Shown: piece by piece, positions 16,790 to 26,881 of the stretch
How the letters are laid out: every line of letters starts with the position of its first letter
Numbering within the stretch: the stretch's first letter is position 1
Source: Terriglobales bacterium
GTDB lineage: Bacteria; Acidobacteriota; Terriglobia; Terriglobales; SCQP01
Direction of reading: 5' to 3'
Length of the DNA stretch: 61,337 bases
Assembly (NCBI GenBank): GCA_036561225.1
Contig: DATBPS010000143.1
Span: 1-61,337 of the forward strand
Notes under the pieces: model-generated
Databases searched by the model: none
What the model was told of the DNA's origin: nothing
Seen by the model: the letters and a program-made list of their open reading frames with translations, nothing else
Program-made: the position numbers and the translations under genes

Positions 16790-17335
16790 ATGGCGACCTC
16801 CTCCGCCGGTCTGTGCGACGGCCTGAAGCAGTACATTCGCGAAGTGCCGGACTTCCCCAAGAAGGGAATTCTTTTTTACGACATCACCACGCTGCTGAAG
16901 CAGCCGAAGCCGTTTGCCCAACTGGTGGATACGCTCGCGGCCCACTACGCCAACCAGAAGATTGCCCTGGTGGCGGGCATCGAGGCGCGCGGGTTCATCT
17001 TCGGACCGGCGCTGGCGTACAAGCTGGGGGCGGGCTTTGTGCCCATCCGCAAGCCGCGCAAGCTGCCGGCGGCGACGGCGGCGGTGGAGTACAGCCTGGA
17101 ATATGGCACCGACAAAGTCGAGATCCATCGCGATGCGGTAGAGCCGGGGCAGCGGGTGCTGATCGTGGATGATCTGATCGCCACCGGCGGCACGGCGGTG
17201 GCCAGCGCGCAACTGGTGGAGCAGTTGGGCGGCGTGGTGGCGGGGCTGGCGTTTGTGGTGGAGCTGACGTTTCTCAACGGACGGCAGCGGCTGGGCCAGT
17301 ACGACGTGCTGTCGCTGCTGCGCTACGACCAATGA
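16790..17335 (+). CDS. apt: adenine phosphoribosyltransferase
   Basis: [21 protein letters not shown] and the [17 protein letters not shown]-binding motif. Confidence 0.93.
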   Translation: MATSSAGLCDGLKQYIREVPDFPKKGILFYDITTLLKQPKPFAQLVDTLAAHYANQKIALVAGIEARGFIFGPALAYKLGAGFVPIRKPRKLPAATAAVEYSLEYGTDKVEIHRDAVEPGQRVLIVDDLIATGGTAVASAQLVEQLGGVVAGLAFVVELTFLNGRQRLGQYDVLSLLRYDQ

Positions 17336-18054
17336 GCGAGCGGCCGCTGGCGGGCATCCACGCGGTGCGGGAGGCGCTGCGCGCCGGCACACCGTTGCGC
17401 TTTGTGGCCATCACGGGAGAGCGTCAGGATGCGCGGGTGCGCGAGCTGGTGGAGCTGGCGCGGGCGGCGGGAGTGGCGGTGCGGCGGGAGCCGGCGGCGG
17501 CGCTCGACCGGCTGGCGCAGGGGGAACGGCATCAGGGGGTGGTGGCGATGGCCGCGGCACGGCCGCTGCTGGCGCTCGAAGACCTGCTGGCGGATGCGCC
17601 GCGGAAGCTGCTGCTGGCCTGCGACGGCATCGAGGATCCGCACAACCTGGGGGCCATTCTGCGCGCCGCGTGCGGAGCGGGGGTGGACGGCGTGCTGCTG
17701 CCGGCGCGGCGTTCGGCGTCGCTCACCGCCGCGGTGGAGCGCGTGTCGGCGGGCGCGGCGGAGCATGTGCGGGTGGCGCAGGTGGGGAACCTGGCGCAGG
17801 CGCTGGAGAAGTGCAAGGCGGCCGGGTGGTGGACGGTCGGCCTGGAAGGCGAAGCCGGGGCGAGCCTGTGGGAGTACGATTTTTCCACGCCGACGGTGCT
17901 GGTGATCGGCGCCGAAGGGCACGGGCTGCACGCCCTCATCCGGCAGCGGTGCGATGTGCGGTTGCGGATTCCCCTGGCCCCCGGCGTGGATTCGCTCAAC
18001 GCCGCCACCGCCGCGGCGGTGGCGCTGTTCGAAGTCGCGCGGCAGCGGCGCTAG
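17332..18054 (+). CDS. SpoU/TrmH family RNA 2'-O-methyltransferase (RlmB-like)
   Basis: [27 protein letters not shown] and [14 protein letters not shown] motifs. ATGA overlap with the apt stop. Confidence 0.88.
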   Translation: MSERPLAGIHAVREALRAGTPLRFVAITGERQDARVRELVELARAAGVAVRREPAAALDRLAQGERHQGVVAMAAARPLLALEDLLADAPRKLLLACDGIEDPHNLGAILRAACGAGVDGVLLPARRSASLTAAVERVSAGAAEHVRVAQVGNLAQALEKCKAAGWWTVGLEGEAGASLWEYDFSTPTVLVIGAEGHGLHALIRQRCDVRLRIPLAPGVDSLNAATAAAVALFEVARQRR

Positions 18055-18057
18055 ATA

Positions 18058-20703
18058 TTATTCCAGGCGCAGCGCCGCCAGCGGGTCGGCGGAGGCGGCG
18101 CGGCTGGCGGGGAGGAAACAGGCGAAGAGGGCGGTGGCCAGCAGCAACAGCGGCGCCGCGCCGAAGGCCAGCGGATCGAGCAGGGGCGTGGCGTACAGCT
18201 GGGCGCCGAGCGCACCCGCCAGGCCGCGGCCGAGGGCCCAGGCGGCGGCCAGACCGGCGACGGTGCCCCAAGCCGCCATCGTCAGCCCCTCGCGCAGCAC
18301 CAGGCGCACCACGCTGGTCCGGTCCGCCCCCAGCGCCATGCGCAGGCCGATCTCGCGCCGCCGCTGCGCCACCGCCTGCGCCATGACCGCATAGAGGCCC
18401 AGGGCGGCCAGCAGCAGGGCGAGGGAGGCGAACAGCGCCAGCAACGTGGCGCTGAGGCGCGCCGCCGCGAGCGAGCCGGAGAGATAGTCCGACAGGGGCT
18501 GCAGGGCGAAGGCCGGCACGTCGGGGTCGAGGTCGTGGGTGACGGCGCGCACCGCCGCCGTGGCGCGCGAAGCCGCGCCGGGCTCGAAACGCACCACCAG
18601 CGTCATGCCGCCGAAGGGCAGTTGATTTTCGGGCAGGTAGAGCATGGCGGGATCGGGCGCGCTGAGCGCCGACTGGCGGGTGTCACCCACCACGCCCACC
18701 ACGGTGTAGGCGGGGTCGGGTCCAGGGTAAGAACTCAGGCTGGGGGTGAGGCGCGCCCCCACGGCCCCGCGGCCGGCGAAAAAGGTGCGGGCGAAGCTCC
18801 GGTTGACGATGGCGACAGGCGGGCTGAGGTGGCGATCGGCAGCGGTGAAGTCCCGGCCCTGCAGCAGCGGTATGCCGAGGGTGGCGAAGTAGCCGGGAGT
18901 TACGATGCCGACGTGGGTGCTGGGGCGTTCGGCCGGCGGCAGGGGATGATCGGTGAGATCGAAGTTGACGCCGATGTTGTAGCCGGTGAGCGGCACACCC
19001 AGGGCGGCGGCGGCGGTGCTGACGCCCGGCTGGCGCCGCAACTGCGCGATCAGCCGGGAAAAATAAGCGGATTGGTCGTCGGGTTGCGGGTAGCGGGCGT
19101 CGGGCAGGAAGAGCGAGGCGGTGAGCACCTGCCGGGGCGAGAACCCGGGCTCGATGGCCAGCAGGCGGCCGAGGCTGTGCAGCAGCAGCAGCGCCCCCAC
19201 CAGCACCGTCACCGCCAGCGCGAACTGCGCCCCCACCAGGCCGCGGCGCCAGCCGCGCGGCCCGCCGGTGGAGGAGCGGGTGGCGCGCAGACGATCCTGC
19301 AACCGGCCGCGCTCCCCGCGCGCCAGCTCGAGGGCGGGAAACAGCCCGAACACCACCGCCGTCAGCAGGCCCAGGACGACGGCCAGCAGCAGCGCCGCCG
19401 GGCTGAGCCGGGCCTGCTGGAGCCGGGCCACGCCCTCCGGGCTGAGGCGGAGCAGCAGGCTGAGGGCCAGCTGCGCCAGGCCCAGCCCGGCGGCGGCGCC
19501 CAGCAACCCCACCGTCAGGCTCTCGCACAACAGTTGTCGCAGCACCGCCGTCCGGCCGGCGCCCAGCGCGGCGCGCAGGGCGAACTCGGGCCGGCGCCGC
19601 ACGGCGCGCGCCAGCATCAGTCCGGCGAGGTTGACACAGGCGATGAGCAGCACCAGCCCCGCCGCCGCCAGCAGCACCCAGAGCACGGGCGCGACCGGGG
19701 CGCTGTAATAATCCCGCAGCGGTTCGACCACCACGCCGAGATGGGCGTTGTCGGCCGGATACTGGCGCTGCAGGCGCGCGGCGATGGTGTCCAGTTGTCC
19801 CGCCAGGCCGGCGGCCGGGGCGGCGGGCGCGCGCCGCACCACCGCCCGCAGAAACGCGGCGCCGCGCTGGGCCGTCAACGGCGGGCCGTTGGCGCTGACC
19901 TGGAGCGGGGCCATGGTGGTCCACAGGTCCTCATGATCGTCGAGCGGAAACCGGAACCCCGGCGCCATCACCCCCACCACCTGATACGGGCGGCCATCCA
20001 GGGTCAAGGACCGCCCCAGAGCGGTCTGACTGTCGCCGAAGCGGTCGCGGGCCAAGGCCGCCGACAGGATCACCGCGTCCACGCCGGCGAGGCTGCCGGG
20101 GCGATCCTCAGTGGGGCGAAAGTCGCGACCGGCCGCGGGGGCGACGCCCAGCACCGTGAACAAGCCGGCGGAGGTGTTGGCCATGCGCACGTGGGCGGCG
20201 TCGCCCTGGCCCGCCAGAATGGCGTCGCCAACGCGATAGACGCCGGCGCCGGCCAGCGCCGGCGCCTGGCGATAGTCAAGGAAATCGGGATAGGAAACGG
20301 GATTGCGGCTGCCGGGATGCCGCTGATCGGTCTCCTGCAGGAACCCCAACTGTTGCGGCGCGGCGAAGGGCAGGGGCCGCAGCAACACCGCCTCCACCAC
20401 GCTGAAGACGGCGGTGTTGGCGCCGATGCCGAGCGCCAGCGTCAGAATGGCGACGGCGGCGAAACCCGGGCCGCGGCGCAGCCCGCGCAGCGCCAGCCGC
20501 AGGTCGCGGCCCCAGGCGGCGAGGTGGGCGCCGCGGCGGGCGGCGCGCGCTTCCTCCTTCCAGCGTTCGGCGCTGCCCAGCGCCAGCGCCGCCTGGCGCC
20601 GCGCGGCTTCCGGATCCAGGCCGGCACGGCGCAGTTCCTCGGCTTCCCGCTCGAGATGAAAGCGGAATTCGGCCTCCATGTCGCCTTCGCGCCGGCGGCT
20701 CAT
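18058..20703 (-). CDS. ADOP-type duplicated FtsX/MacB-like ABC permease
   Basis: [38 protein letters not shown] is the N-terminus typical of this family. ATGA overlap with the PadR stop. ATG at residue 47 of the track ORF. Confidence 0.88.
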   Translation of the reverse strand: MSRRREGDMEAEFRFHLEREAEELRRAGLDPEAARRQAALALGSAERWKEEARAARRGAHLAAWGRDLRLALRGLRRGPGFAAVAILTLALGIGANTAVFSVVEAVLLRPLPFAAPQQLGFLQETDQRHPGSRNPVSYPDFLDYRQAPALAGAGVYRVGDAILAGQGDAAHVRMANTSAGLFTVLGVAPAAGRDFRPTEDRPGSLAGVDAVILSAALARDRFGDSQTALGRSLTLDGRPYQVVGVMAPGFRFPLDDHEDLWTTMAPLQVSANGPPLTAQRGAAFLRAVVRRAPAAPAAGLAGQLDTIAARLQRQYPADNAHLGVVVEPLRDYYSAPVAPVLWVLLAAAGLVLLIACVNLAGLMLARAVRRRPEFALRAALGAGRTAVLRQLLCESLTVGLLGAAAGLGLAQLALSLLLRLSPEGVARLQQARLSPAALLLAVVLGLLTAVVFGLFPALELARGERGRLQDRLRATRSSTGGPRGWRRGLVGAQFALAVTVLVGALLLLHSLGRLLAIEPGFSPRQVLTASLFLPDARYPQPDDQSAYFSRLIAQLRRQPGVSTAAAALGVPLTGYNIGVNFDLTDHPLPPAERPSTHVGIVTPGYFATLGIPLLQGRDFTAADRHLSPPVAIVNRSFARTFFAGRGAVGARLTPSLSSYPGPDPAYTVVGVVGDTRQSALSAPDPAMLYLPENQLPFGGMTLVVRFEPGAASRATAAVRAVTHDLDPDVPAFALQPLSDYLSGSLAAARLSATLLALFASLALLLAALGLYAVMAQAVAQRRREIGLRMALGADRTSVVRLVLREGLTMAAWGTVAGLAAAWALGRGLAGALGAQLYATPLLDPLAFGAAPLLLLATALFACFLPASRAASADPLAALRLE

Positions 20704-21035
20704 GCCCCGCCGCCTTCCACAATCAGGTTGACCGCGGCGGAGAAACGCCGCCACTGGTCGCGCTCGCGCTCCAGATGGCGGCGGCCGGCGCCGGTGAGGG
20801 TATAGAAACGGGCCTGGCGTCCGGTATCGCTCTCCCGCCACTCACCCTTGATCCAGCCCCGCCGCTCCAACCGGTACAACGCCGGGTAGAGCGAGCCCTG
20901 GGGAATATGCAGCGCCGCGCGGGAGGTCTGCTGGATGCGCCGCGCCACCGCCCAGCCGTGCTGCGGCTCCAAAGCCAGGGTGCGCAGCACCAGCAGATCC
21001 AGCGTGCCCGGCATCATTTCGGGATGGCCCTTCAT
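20700..21035 (-). CDS. PadR family transcriptional regulator
   Basis: 111 aa. [27 protein letters not shown]...[16 protein letters not shown] winged-helix pattern. Confidence 0.92.
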   Translation of the reverse strand: MKGHPEMMPGTLDLLVLRTLALEPQHGWAVARRIQQTSRAALHIPQGSLYPALYRLERRGWIKGEWRESDTGRQARFYTLTGAGRRHLERERDQWRRFSAAVNLIVEGGGA

Positions 21036-21042
21036 GTTGCCT

Positions 21043-21071
21043 AGTCTATCTGCATATGCAGTCTATCTGCA
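21043..21071. promoter_or_regulatory. candidate PadR operator: 12-bp direct repeat overlapping a 12-bp perfect palindrome
   Basis: AGTCTATCTGCA tatgc AGTCTATCTGCA, with CTGCATATGCAG at the centre, starting 8 nt upstream of the PadR ATG. Confidence 0.45.
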
Positions 21072-21138
21072 AGCGGTCGCCGGGCCGCCCTGCGCGCCGC
21101 CCGCGCTACAATAGGGGTTTGTTCTGCGAGGAGATTGC

Positions 21139-21702
21139 ATGGCACTGTCCGCCAATCAGATGCGTCCGGGGATGGTCATCATCCACGACAACGAACTGTA
21201 TTCGGTCTTCAGCATCACCCACCGGACGCCGGGGAACCTGCGCGCCTTCGTGCAGGCGAAGATTCGCAATCTGCGCACCGGGGGGATGATCGAGTACCGC
21301 TTCCGCTCCGACGACCGGGTGGAGCGCGCCACCCTTGATGAAGCCGAGATGGAGTTCCTGTACAGCGACGGGGATGCCTTCTACTTCATGAACACCGAAA
21401 GTTTCGAGCAGACCCACCTCAACCGCGACACCCTGGGCGATGCGGTGAATTACCTGATTCCCAACCTGAAGATCGCGGTGGAGTTTTACGAAGGCAAGCC
21501 GGTCTCGGTGGAACTTCCGCAGACGGTGGACATGGAGGTCACCGACACCGAGCCTGGTCTCAAAGGCGCCACGGTCAGCAATGTGACCAAAGCGGCAACT
21601 CTGGAAACCGGGCTGGTGGTGCAGGTGCCGCCGTTCATCGAGACCGGGGAGAAGATCCGCGTGGGCACCGCCGAGGGCACATATTTGGAACGGGTGAAGT
21701 GA
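21139..21702 (+). CDS. efp: elongation factor P
   Basis: 187 aa. MALSANQMRPGMVIIHDNELYSV...QAKIRNLRTGG has a full-length EF-P pattern. Confidence 0.96.
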   Translation: MALSANQMRPGMVIIHDNELYSVFSITHRTPGNLRAFVQAKIRNLRTGGMIEYRFRSDDRVERATLDEAEMEFLYSDGDAFYFMNTESFEQTHLNRDTLGDAVNYLIPNLKIAVEFYEGKPVSVELPQTVDMEVTDTEPGLKGATVSNVTKAATLETGLVVQVPPFIETGEKIRVGTAEGTYLERVK

Positions 21703-21750
21703 CCGCCGGGTATAAAATATTAGGTACACGACGAAAGGACACGACACGAT

Positions 21751-23343
21751 ATGGCTACCGCCCCCGCTGAATCCCCCGCTGCATGTAAGAGCTTTCCCGA
21801 GTTGGCCGGCGCCAAGCCGGTGGCCAACCTCTCGCCCGCGGTGCTGATCGAAACCATCCTGGCCCGGGGCGAGGCCAAGCTCAGCGCGCGCGGCGCGGTT
21901 ACGGCAGAGACGGGCGAGTTTACCGGTCGTACCCCTCCCAACCGGTACATCGTCAAGGACAAGCTCACCGCCGAGACGGTGGCCTGGGGCGCGACCAACC
22001 AGGCGATCAGCGAGGAATCGTTCGAGAAGGTGCGGCAGCGCATGGCGCGCTACGTGCAGGGACGGGAAGTGTTCGTGCAGGACTTGTTCGCGGGTGGAGA
22101 CCCGGCGTATCGGCTCAAGGTGCGGGTGGTGAACGAGCTGGCGTGGCACAATCTGTTCGTCCACCAGTTGTTTTTGCGTCCCACCGCGGCTGAGCGGCGC
22201 GACTTCACCCCCGACTTCACCATCGTCTCGATGCCGGGGTGCAAGGCGGTGCCGGCCGAGGATGGCACCAAGACCTCGACCTACATTCTGGTGAACTTCA
22301 CCCAGAAGCTGATCCTCATCGGCGGTACCTACTACGCCGGCGAGATGAAGAAATCGATCTTCAGCGTGCTCAACTTCCTGCTGCCGCAGAAGGGCGTGAT
22401 GGGCATGCACTGCTCGGCGAACGTGGGCAAGGATGGCGACACGGCGCTGTTTTTCGGCCTTTCAGGCACGGGCAAGACGACGTTGTCGGCGGACCCGGAG
22501 CGGCGGCTGATCGGCGACGATGAGCATGGCTGGGGCGGCAACGGGGTGTTCAACTTCGAGGGCGGCTGCTACGCCAAGTGTATTCATCTGTCGGAGAAGG
22601 GCGAGCCGCAGATTTGGAACGCCATCCGCTTCGGGACGGTGCTGGAGAACGTGATCCTTGATCCCTCGACGCGCATCCCCGACTTCGACAACCAGACGCG
22701 CACCGAGAACACCCGCGCCGCCTATCCGATTGACTACATTGACAACGCCATTCTCGATTCGCGCGGCCCGCACCCGAAAAACGTAGTGCTGCTCACCGCC
22801 GATGCCTTTGGCGTGCTGCCGCCCATCGCCAAGCTGACCGTGCCGCAGGCGATGTACCACTTTCTCTCCGGATACACCGCCAAGCTGGCGGGCACCGAGG
22901 CCGGCGTGACCCAGCCCAAAGCCACCTTCAGCACCTGCTTCGGGGAGCCGTTTCTGCCGCTGCCGCCGATGACCTACGCCAAAATGCTGGGCGAGCTGGT
23001 GGTCAAGCACCAGGCGCAGTGCTGGCTGATCAACACCGGCTGGACCGGCGGCGGCTATGGCACCGGCAAGCGCATGTCGCTGGACCACACCCGCACCATG
23101 GTGCGCGCCGCGCTCGCCGGGCAGTTAGCCAAGGCCAAGTTCACCCCGGACCCGATCTTTGGGCTGCCCATACCGGACGCGGTGCCGGGCGTGCCGGCGA
23201 CGGTGCTCAACCCGCGCAACACCTGGAAAGTCGGAGCGGAGTACGAGAAGGCCGCGAAGGAACTGGCCGGCCTGTTCCGCAAGAACTTCGAGCGTTTCCA
23301 GGGCGTGACGCCGGAGGTGCTGGGCGCGGGGCCGAAGGGCTGA
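21751..23343 (+). CDS. pckA: phosphoenolpyruvate carboxykinase (ATP)
   Basis: FFGLSGTGKTTLSADPERRLIGDDEHGW kinase-1a and PCK-specific motifs. Confidence 0.96.
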   Translation: MATAPAESPAACKSFPELAGAKPVANLSPAVLIETILARGEAKLSARGAVTAETGEFTGRTPPNRYIVKDKLTAETVAWGATNQAISEESFEKVRQRMARYVQGREVFVQDLFAGGDPAYRLKVRVVNELAWHNLFVHQLFLRPTAAERRDFTPDFTIVSMPGCKAVPAEDGTKTSTYILVNFTQKLILIGGTYYAGEMKKSIFSVLNFLLPQKGVMGMHCSANVGKDGDTALFFGLSGTGKTTLSADPERRLIGDDEHGWGGNGVFNFEGGCYAKCIHLSEKGEPQIWNAIRFGTVLENVILDPSTRIPDFDNQTRTENTRAAYPIDYIDNAILDSRGPHPKNVVLLTADAFGVLPPIAKLTVPQAMYHFLSGYTAKLAGTEAGVTQPKATFSTCFGEPFLPLPPMTYAKMLGELVVKHQAQCWLINTGWTGGGYGTGKRMSLDHTRTMVRAALAGQLAKAKFTPDPIFGLPIPDAVPGVPATVLNPRNTWKVGAEYEKAAKELAGLFRKNFERFQGVTPEVLGAGPKG

Positions 23344-23360
23344 CCGCGGACAGCTTGCGG

Positions 23361-24707
23361 CTAACCGCCGGCCGCCTCGGCGTTGTCGGCCGCCACGGCT
23401 TCCTCCACCGCCGGCAGGACGATGCGCACCAGGGTGCCTTCGCCGGGGCGGCTGACGATCTCGAACTCGGCGGCATCGCCGTAGAGCACGAACAGGCGTT
23501 CGCGCACGTTGCTGAGGCCGATGCCGTGGCCGCGTGTGGTTCGCGGCTCGCCAGCCTGCGGGTTCATGCCGACGCCGCTGTCCTCCACTTCGAGTTCCAG
23601 CATTTCGTGATCGCGGCGCCAGAAGCGATGGGCGCGCAGCGCCACCCAACCGCCTTCGACCTTGGGGGCGAGGCCATGCCGGATGGAGTTTTCCACCAGC
23701 GGCTGCAGCAGCATGCTGGGCACCAGGCGGTCGAGGGCGCCCGGCTCGATGCCTTTTTCAAAGCGCAGTTTGTCGGGGCCGAAGCGGACGATCTCGATAT
23801 CGAGGTAGTCGTCCATGAAGGCCACCTCGGCGCGCAGCGGCACGAAGCTCTCGTGCTTGCGCAGCATACGGCGCAGAATGTTCGACAGCTTGACGATCAA
23901 CACCCGCGCCGTGTCGGGATCGAAGCGCACCAGCGAAGCCACTGAGTTGAGGGTGTTGAAGAGAAAGTGGGGGTTGATCTGACTGGTGAGGGCATCGAGG
24001 CGCGCCTGCACCAGCAGCCGCCGCTGCACCTCGAGTTTGCGCTCGATGCGGGTGTTGTCCCAGATCTTGATGGGGATGGCCAGCATGAGGATGTTGGTGG
24101 CCACCACCGCCGCCGCCGTCCAGAAGCTGTGCGGCTGGGGGGCGAAGAGGCGATGGGGCGCCAGGCGCTTGACCTCCAGTTCGAAGGCGGTGGCGGCGAT
24201 CACCAGGGCGAAAACCAGCGCCTGCCAGTCACGCAAGGGCCGATCGAGGCGATTGCGCAGCCAGCGCCACAACTGCAGATCAATGAAGGGCGAAAAGGCC
24301 CAGACCTCCTCCAGATTGGGAGCGGCGTGGCGTAGCAGTCCGCCGAGCACGCCCGCCAGCAGCCACAGCGGCAGCGCCAGCCACTCGTGCGCCCCCACCA
24401 CGGCGGGAACAGCGATGATCGCCGCCCCCAGAATGCCGGCGCGATAGCCGCCCATCAGGCCGATCAGCAGGGCGCCGGCGAGGCTGAGGTCGGCGGCGTG
24501 GAAGGCGGGGACGGCGAGGCGTATCCAGACGCCGCCCATCAGCGGCAGGGCGACGAAGAGGGTGAAGGCCAGCGTCTGCCGCGGCTTGCGTTCCTCGGCG
24601 TAGAGGCAGCGCTGGAAGGCCACCGAACGCGCCAGCACCGCGGCGATGGCGGCCATGACCGCCAGGTTGAGCAGCAGCGTGATCAGCAGTAGGCGTTCCC
24701 CGGGCAT
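23361..24707 (-). CDS. LytS/YehU-type sensor histidine kinase (5TM-LYT + His_kinase + HATPase)
   Basis: QINPHFLFNTLNSVASLV motif, polytopic N-terminus, and a C-terminal GHGIGLSNVRERL ATPase box. Confidence 0.88.
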   Translation of the reverse strand: MPGERLLLITLLLNLAVMAAIAAVLARSVAFQRCLYAEERKPRQTLAFTLFVALPLMGGVWIRLAVPAFHAADLSLAGALLIGLMGGYRAGILGAAIIAVPAVVGAHEWLALPLWLLAGVLGGLLRHAAPNLEEVWAFSPFIDLQLWRWLRNRLDRPLRDWQALVFALVIAATAFELEVKRLAPHRLFAPQPHSFWTAAAVVATNILMLAIPIKIWDNTRIERKLEVQRRLLVQARLDALTSQINPHFLFNTLNSVASLVRFDPDTARVLIVKLSNILRRMLRKHESFVPLRAEVAFMDDYLDIEIVRFGPDKLRFEKGIEPGALDRLVPSMLLQPLVENSIRHGLAPKVEGGWVALRAHRFWRRDHEMLELEVEDSGVGMNPQAGEPRTTRGHGIGLSNVRERLFVLYGDAAEFEIVSRPGEGTLVRIVLPAVEEAVAADNAEAAGG

Positions 24708-24756
24708 AGGCGCTGAGCGGCGGACGGCGCGGCGACCCTATAATTAAAGCAGAACT

Positions 24757-25338
24757 GTGCCTTCCACCCCGCTCGAGCTCGCCGCAGAGGCAGATTTTCC
24801 CACCCGCTGGGCCCATTTCCGCATTCTCGGCTTTGAACAGAACGGCGATTCAGCCGTGGCCCTGAGGCTGGCGGAGCGCCCCGACGCGGTGCCGCTGGTG
24901 CGGGTGCACTCGCAGTGCCTGACCGGCGATGTCTTCGCCTCGCTGCGCTGCGACTGCCGCGCCCAACTGGAGATGGCGCTGGCGATGATCGCCGCGGCAG
25001 GGAACGGAGTGCTGATCTACGAGGACAAGGAGGGGCGCGGCATCGGGCTGATGAACAAGCTGCGCGCCTACGCCTTGCAAGACGCCGGGTTGGACACGGT
25101 GGAGGCCAACGAGCGGCTGGGGTTCGCCGCCGACGCGCGCGGCTACGAGCTGCCCGCCGCCATCCTCAACCACCTGGGGCTGCGGCAAGTGCGGCTGCTG
25201 TCCAACAATCCCGAGAAGGTGCAGGCGCTGGAGCGCGCCGGCATCGCGGTGGTGGAGCGGGTGCCGTGCGAGCCGGAGATTTCCTCGCACGCCGAACGCT
25301 ATCTGGCGGTCAAGCGGGAAAAGATGGGGCACCTGTAG
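24757..25338 (+). CDS. ribA: GTP cyclohydrolase II
   Basis: VRVHSQCLTGDVFASLRCDCRAQLE zinc/cysteine motif and EGRGIGL. Confidence 0.9.
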   Translation: MPSTPLELAAEADFPTRWAHFRILGFEQNGDSAVALRLAERPDAVPLVRVHSQCLTGDVFASLRCDCRAQLEMALAMIAAAGNGVLIYEDKEGRGIGLMNKLRAYALQDAGLDTVEANERLGFAADARGYELPAAILNHLGLRQVRLLSNNPEKVQALERAGIAVVERVPCEPEISSHAERYLAVKREKMGHL

Positions 25339-25350
25339 GGGGGCGGCGGT

Positions 25351-25884
25351 TCACGGCAGGCTGCGGCGGACCGCGGCGATGCCGTGGTCCATGCGGAGGG
25401 AGAGGTCGGCGGGGACGCAGCGGGCGAGGGCTTCGCCGCCCCAGAGGAGGCGGGGGGCGAAGCGGGAGTGGTTGAGCAGGCGGGGGCTGAGGGGATAGGC
25501 GGCGAGCATGGCGACCACGGCGATGGCCAGCACGACGCCGCGCAGCAGGCCGAGGCCGGCGCCCAGCAGGCGGTCGGGGAGGGTGAGGCCGACGGCGTGC
25601 AAGGCACGGCGGAGCATACGGCCGCAGATGGCGGCGACCATCAGAACGACGACCAGCACCAGCACGAAGCCGACGAACTGGCGGGCTTCGGGGCCGCCCC
25701 AGGATGCGCCCGTCCAGCCCACGGCTTCCAGCCAGGCGGCCACGCGGCCGTACTGCCATACGGCGACGCCGAGCGCCACCAGGGCGGCGGCCATCATCCA
25801 GATTTCGTAGACGAAGCCCTGCACGGCGGCGGTGATCACCGATAGAACCACCAGGATCACCAGCGCATAGTCGAGCAGGTTCAC
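25351..25884 (-). CDS. cvpA: CvpA family membrane protein
   Basis: MNLLDYALVILVVLSVITAAVQGFV start, 4 TM helices, and typical length. Confidence 0.8.
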   Translation of the reverse strand: MNLLDYALVILVVLSVITAAVQGFVYEIWMMAAALVALGVAVWQYGRVAAWLEAVGWTGASWGGPEARQFVGFVLVLVVVLMVAAICGRMLRRALHAVGLTLPDRLLGAGLGLLRGVVLAIAVVAMLAAYPLSPRLLNHSRFAPRLLWGGEALARCVPADLSLRMDHGIAAVRRSLP

Positions 25885-25896
25885 AGGGGTGGCCTG

Positions 25897-26805
25897 CTAG
25901 CTGCCGAGCTTTCTGCCGGTGAGTTCGGCGTAGGCGGCGCGGTACTTTTCGCTGGTCTTGCGCACCACCTCGTCGGGCAGGGCGGGGGCGGGGGGCTGCT
26001 TGTTCCAGCCCACCTGCTCGAGGTAGTCGCGCACGTACTGCTTGTCGTAGGACTCCTGGGCGCGGCCGGGCTGATACTTGTCGCGCGGCCAGAAGCGGGA
26101 GGAGTCGGGGGTCAGCACCTCGTCGGCGAGGATGGGGTCGCCGGTGGCGTCCACCGGGTCGCGGCCGAACTCGAACTTGGTGTCGGCGAGGATGATGCCG
26201 CGGGTGAGGGCGTAATCGGCGGCGGTGGTGTAGATCTTGAGGCTGAGGTCGCGCAGGCGGGCGGCGTCGCGGGCGCCGATCAGCTTCTCCACCTGGGCCA
26301 TGGTGATGTTTTCGTCGTGGCCCTCGGTGGCCTTGCTGGAGGGGGTGAAGATGGGCTCCGGCAGCTTGTCGCTGTCGCGCAGGCCGGTGGGCAGCTTGAT
26401 GCCGCACACCGTCCCCAGCTTCTGGTACTCCTTCCAACCGGAGCCGGAGAGATAGCCCCGCACCACGCACTCGACCGGGAACATCTCCAGCTTTTTGCAC
26501 AGCATGGTGCGCCCTTCGAGCTGCGCCCGGTCGGCCTGCACGCTGGCGGGGAAATCCTTGACCTCGGCGGAAATCAGGTGGTTGCGGCACACCGGTTGGA
26601 GGAAATCGAACCAAAACAGCGAAATCTGGGTCAGCACCCGGCCCTTGTCGGGGATGGGGGTGGGGAGGACCACGTCGAACGCCGAGAGGCGGTCGCTGGC
26701 CGCCAGCAGCAGGCGGTCGCCGGCATCATAGAGGTCGCGCACTTTGCCGCGCGAGATCAGCTTCAGTCCCGCCAGCTCGGTTTTCAGCACAGTGGAGGAT
26801 GCCAT
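25897..26805 (-). CDS. purC: phosphoribosylaminoimidazole-succinocarboxamide synthase
   Basis: GKVRDLYD..., LLLAASDRLSAFD and ILADTKFEFG motifs of long-form SAICAR synthetase. Confidence 0.95.
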   Translation of the reverse strand: MASSTVLKTELAGLKLISRGKVRDLYDAGDRLLLAASDRLSAFDVVLPTPIPDKGRVLTQISLFWFDFLQPVCRNHLISAEVKDFPASVQADRAQLEGRTMLCKKLEMFPVECVVRGYLSGSGWKEYQKLGTVCGIKLPTGLRDSDKLPEPIFTPSSKATEGHDENITMAQVEKLIGARDAARLRDLSLKIYTTAADYALTRGIILADTKFEFGRDPVDATGDPILADEVLTPDSSRFWPRDKYQPGRAQESYDKQYVRDYLEQVGWNKQPPAPALPDEVVRKTSEKYRAAYAELTGRKLGS

Positions 26806-26881
26806 AGAGGATTCAATCTTCCCCGGTTCCGAGCGGCACTGTCAAGCCTTCCCGGCGCTATCCTAGGGGGTGAGGGAACCC

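Noticed and set aside
16439-17392. N-terminal 318 codons of the 581-aa ORF 15647..17392
   Set aside because: This part is antisense to apt and acyP and is R/H/Q-rich. Only the segment from the ATG at 16438 looks protein-like.
18535-20805. 756-aa ORF on the plus strand
   Set aside because: It is entirely antisense to the well-supported ADOP permease gene. Its composition is dominated by R/G/A/Q/H, as expected from reading a GC3-rich gene backwards, and it has no recognisable motif. It is a shadow ORF.
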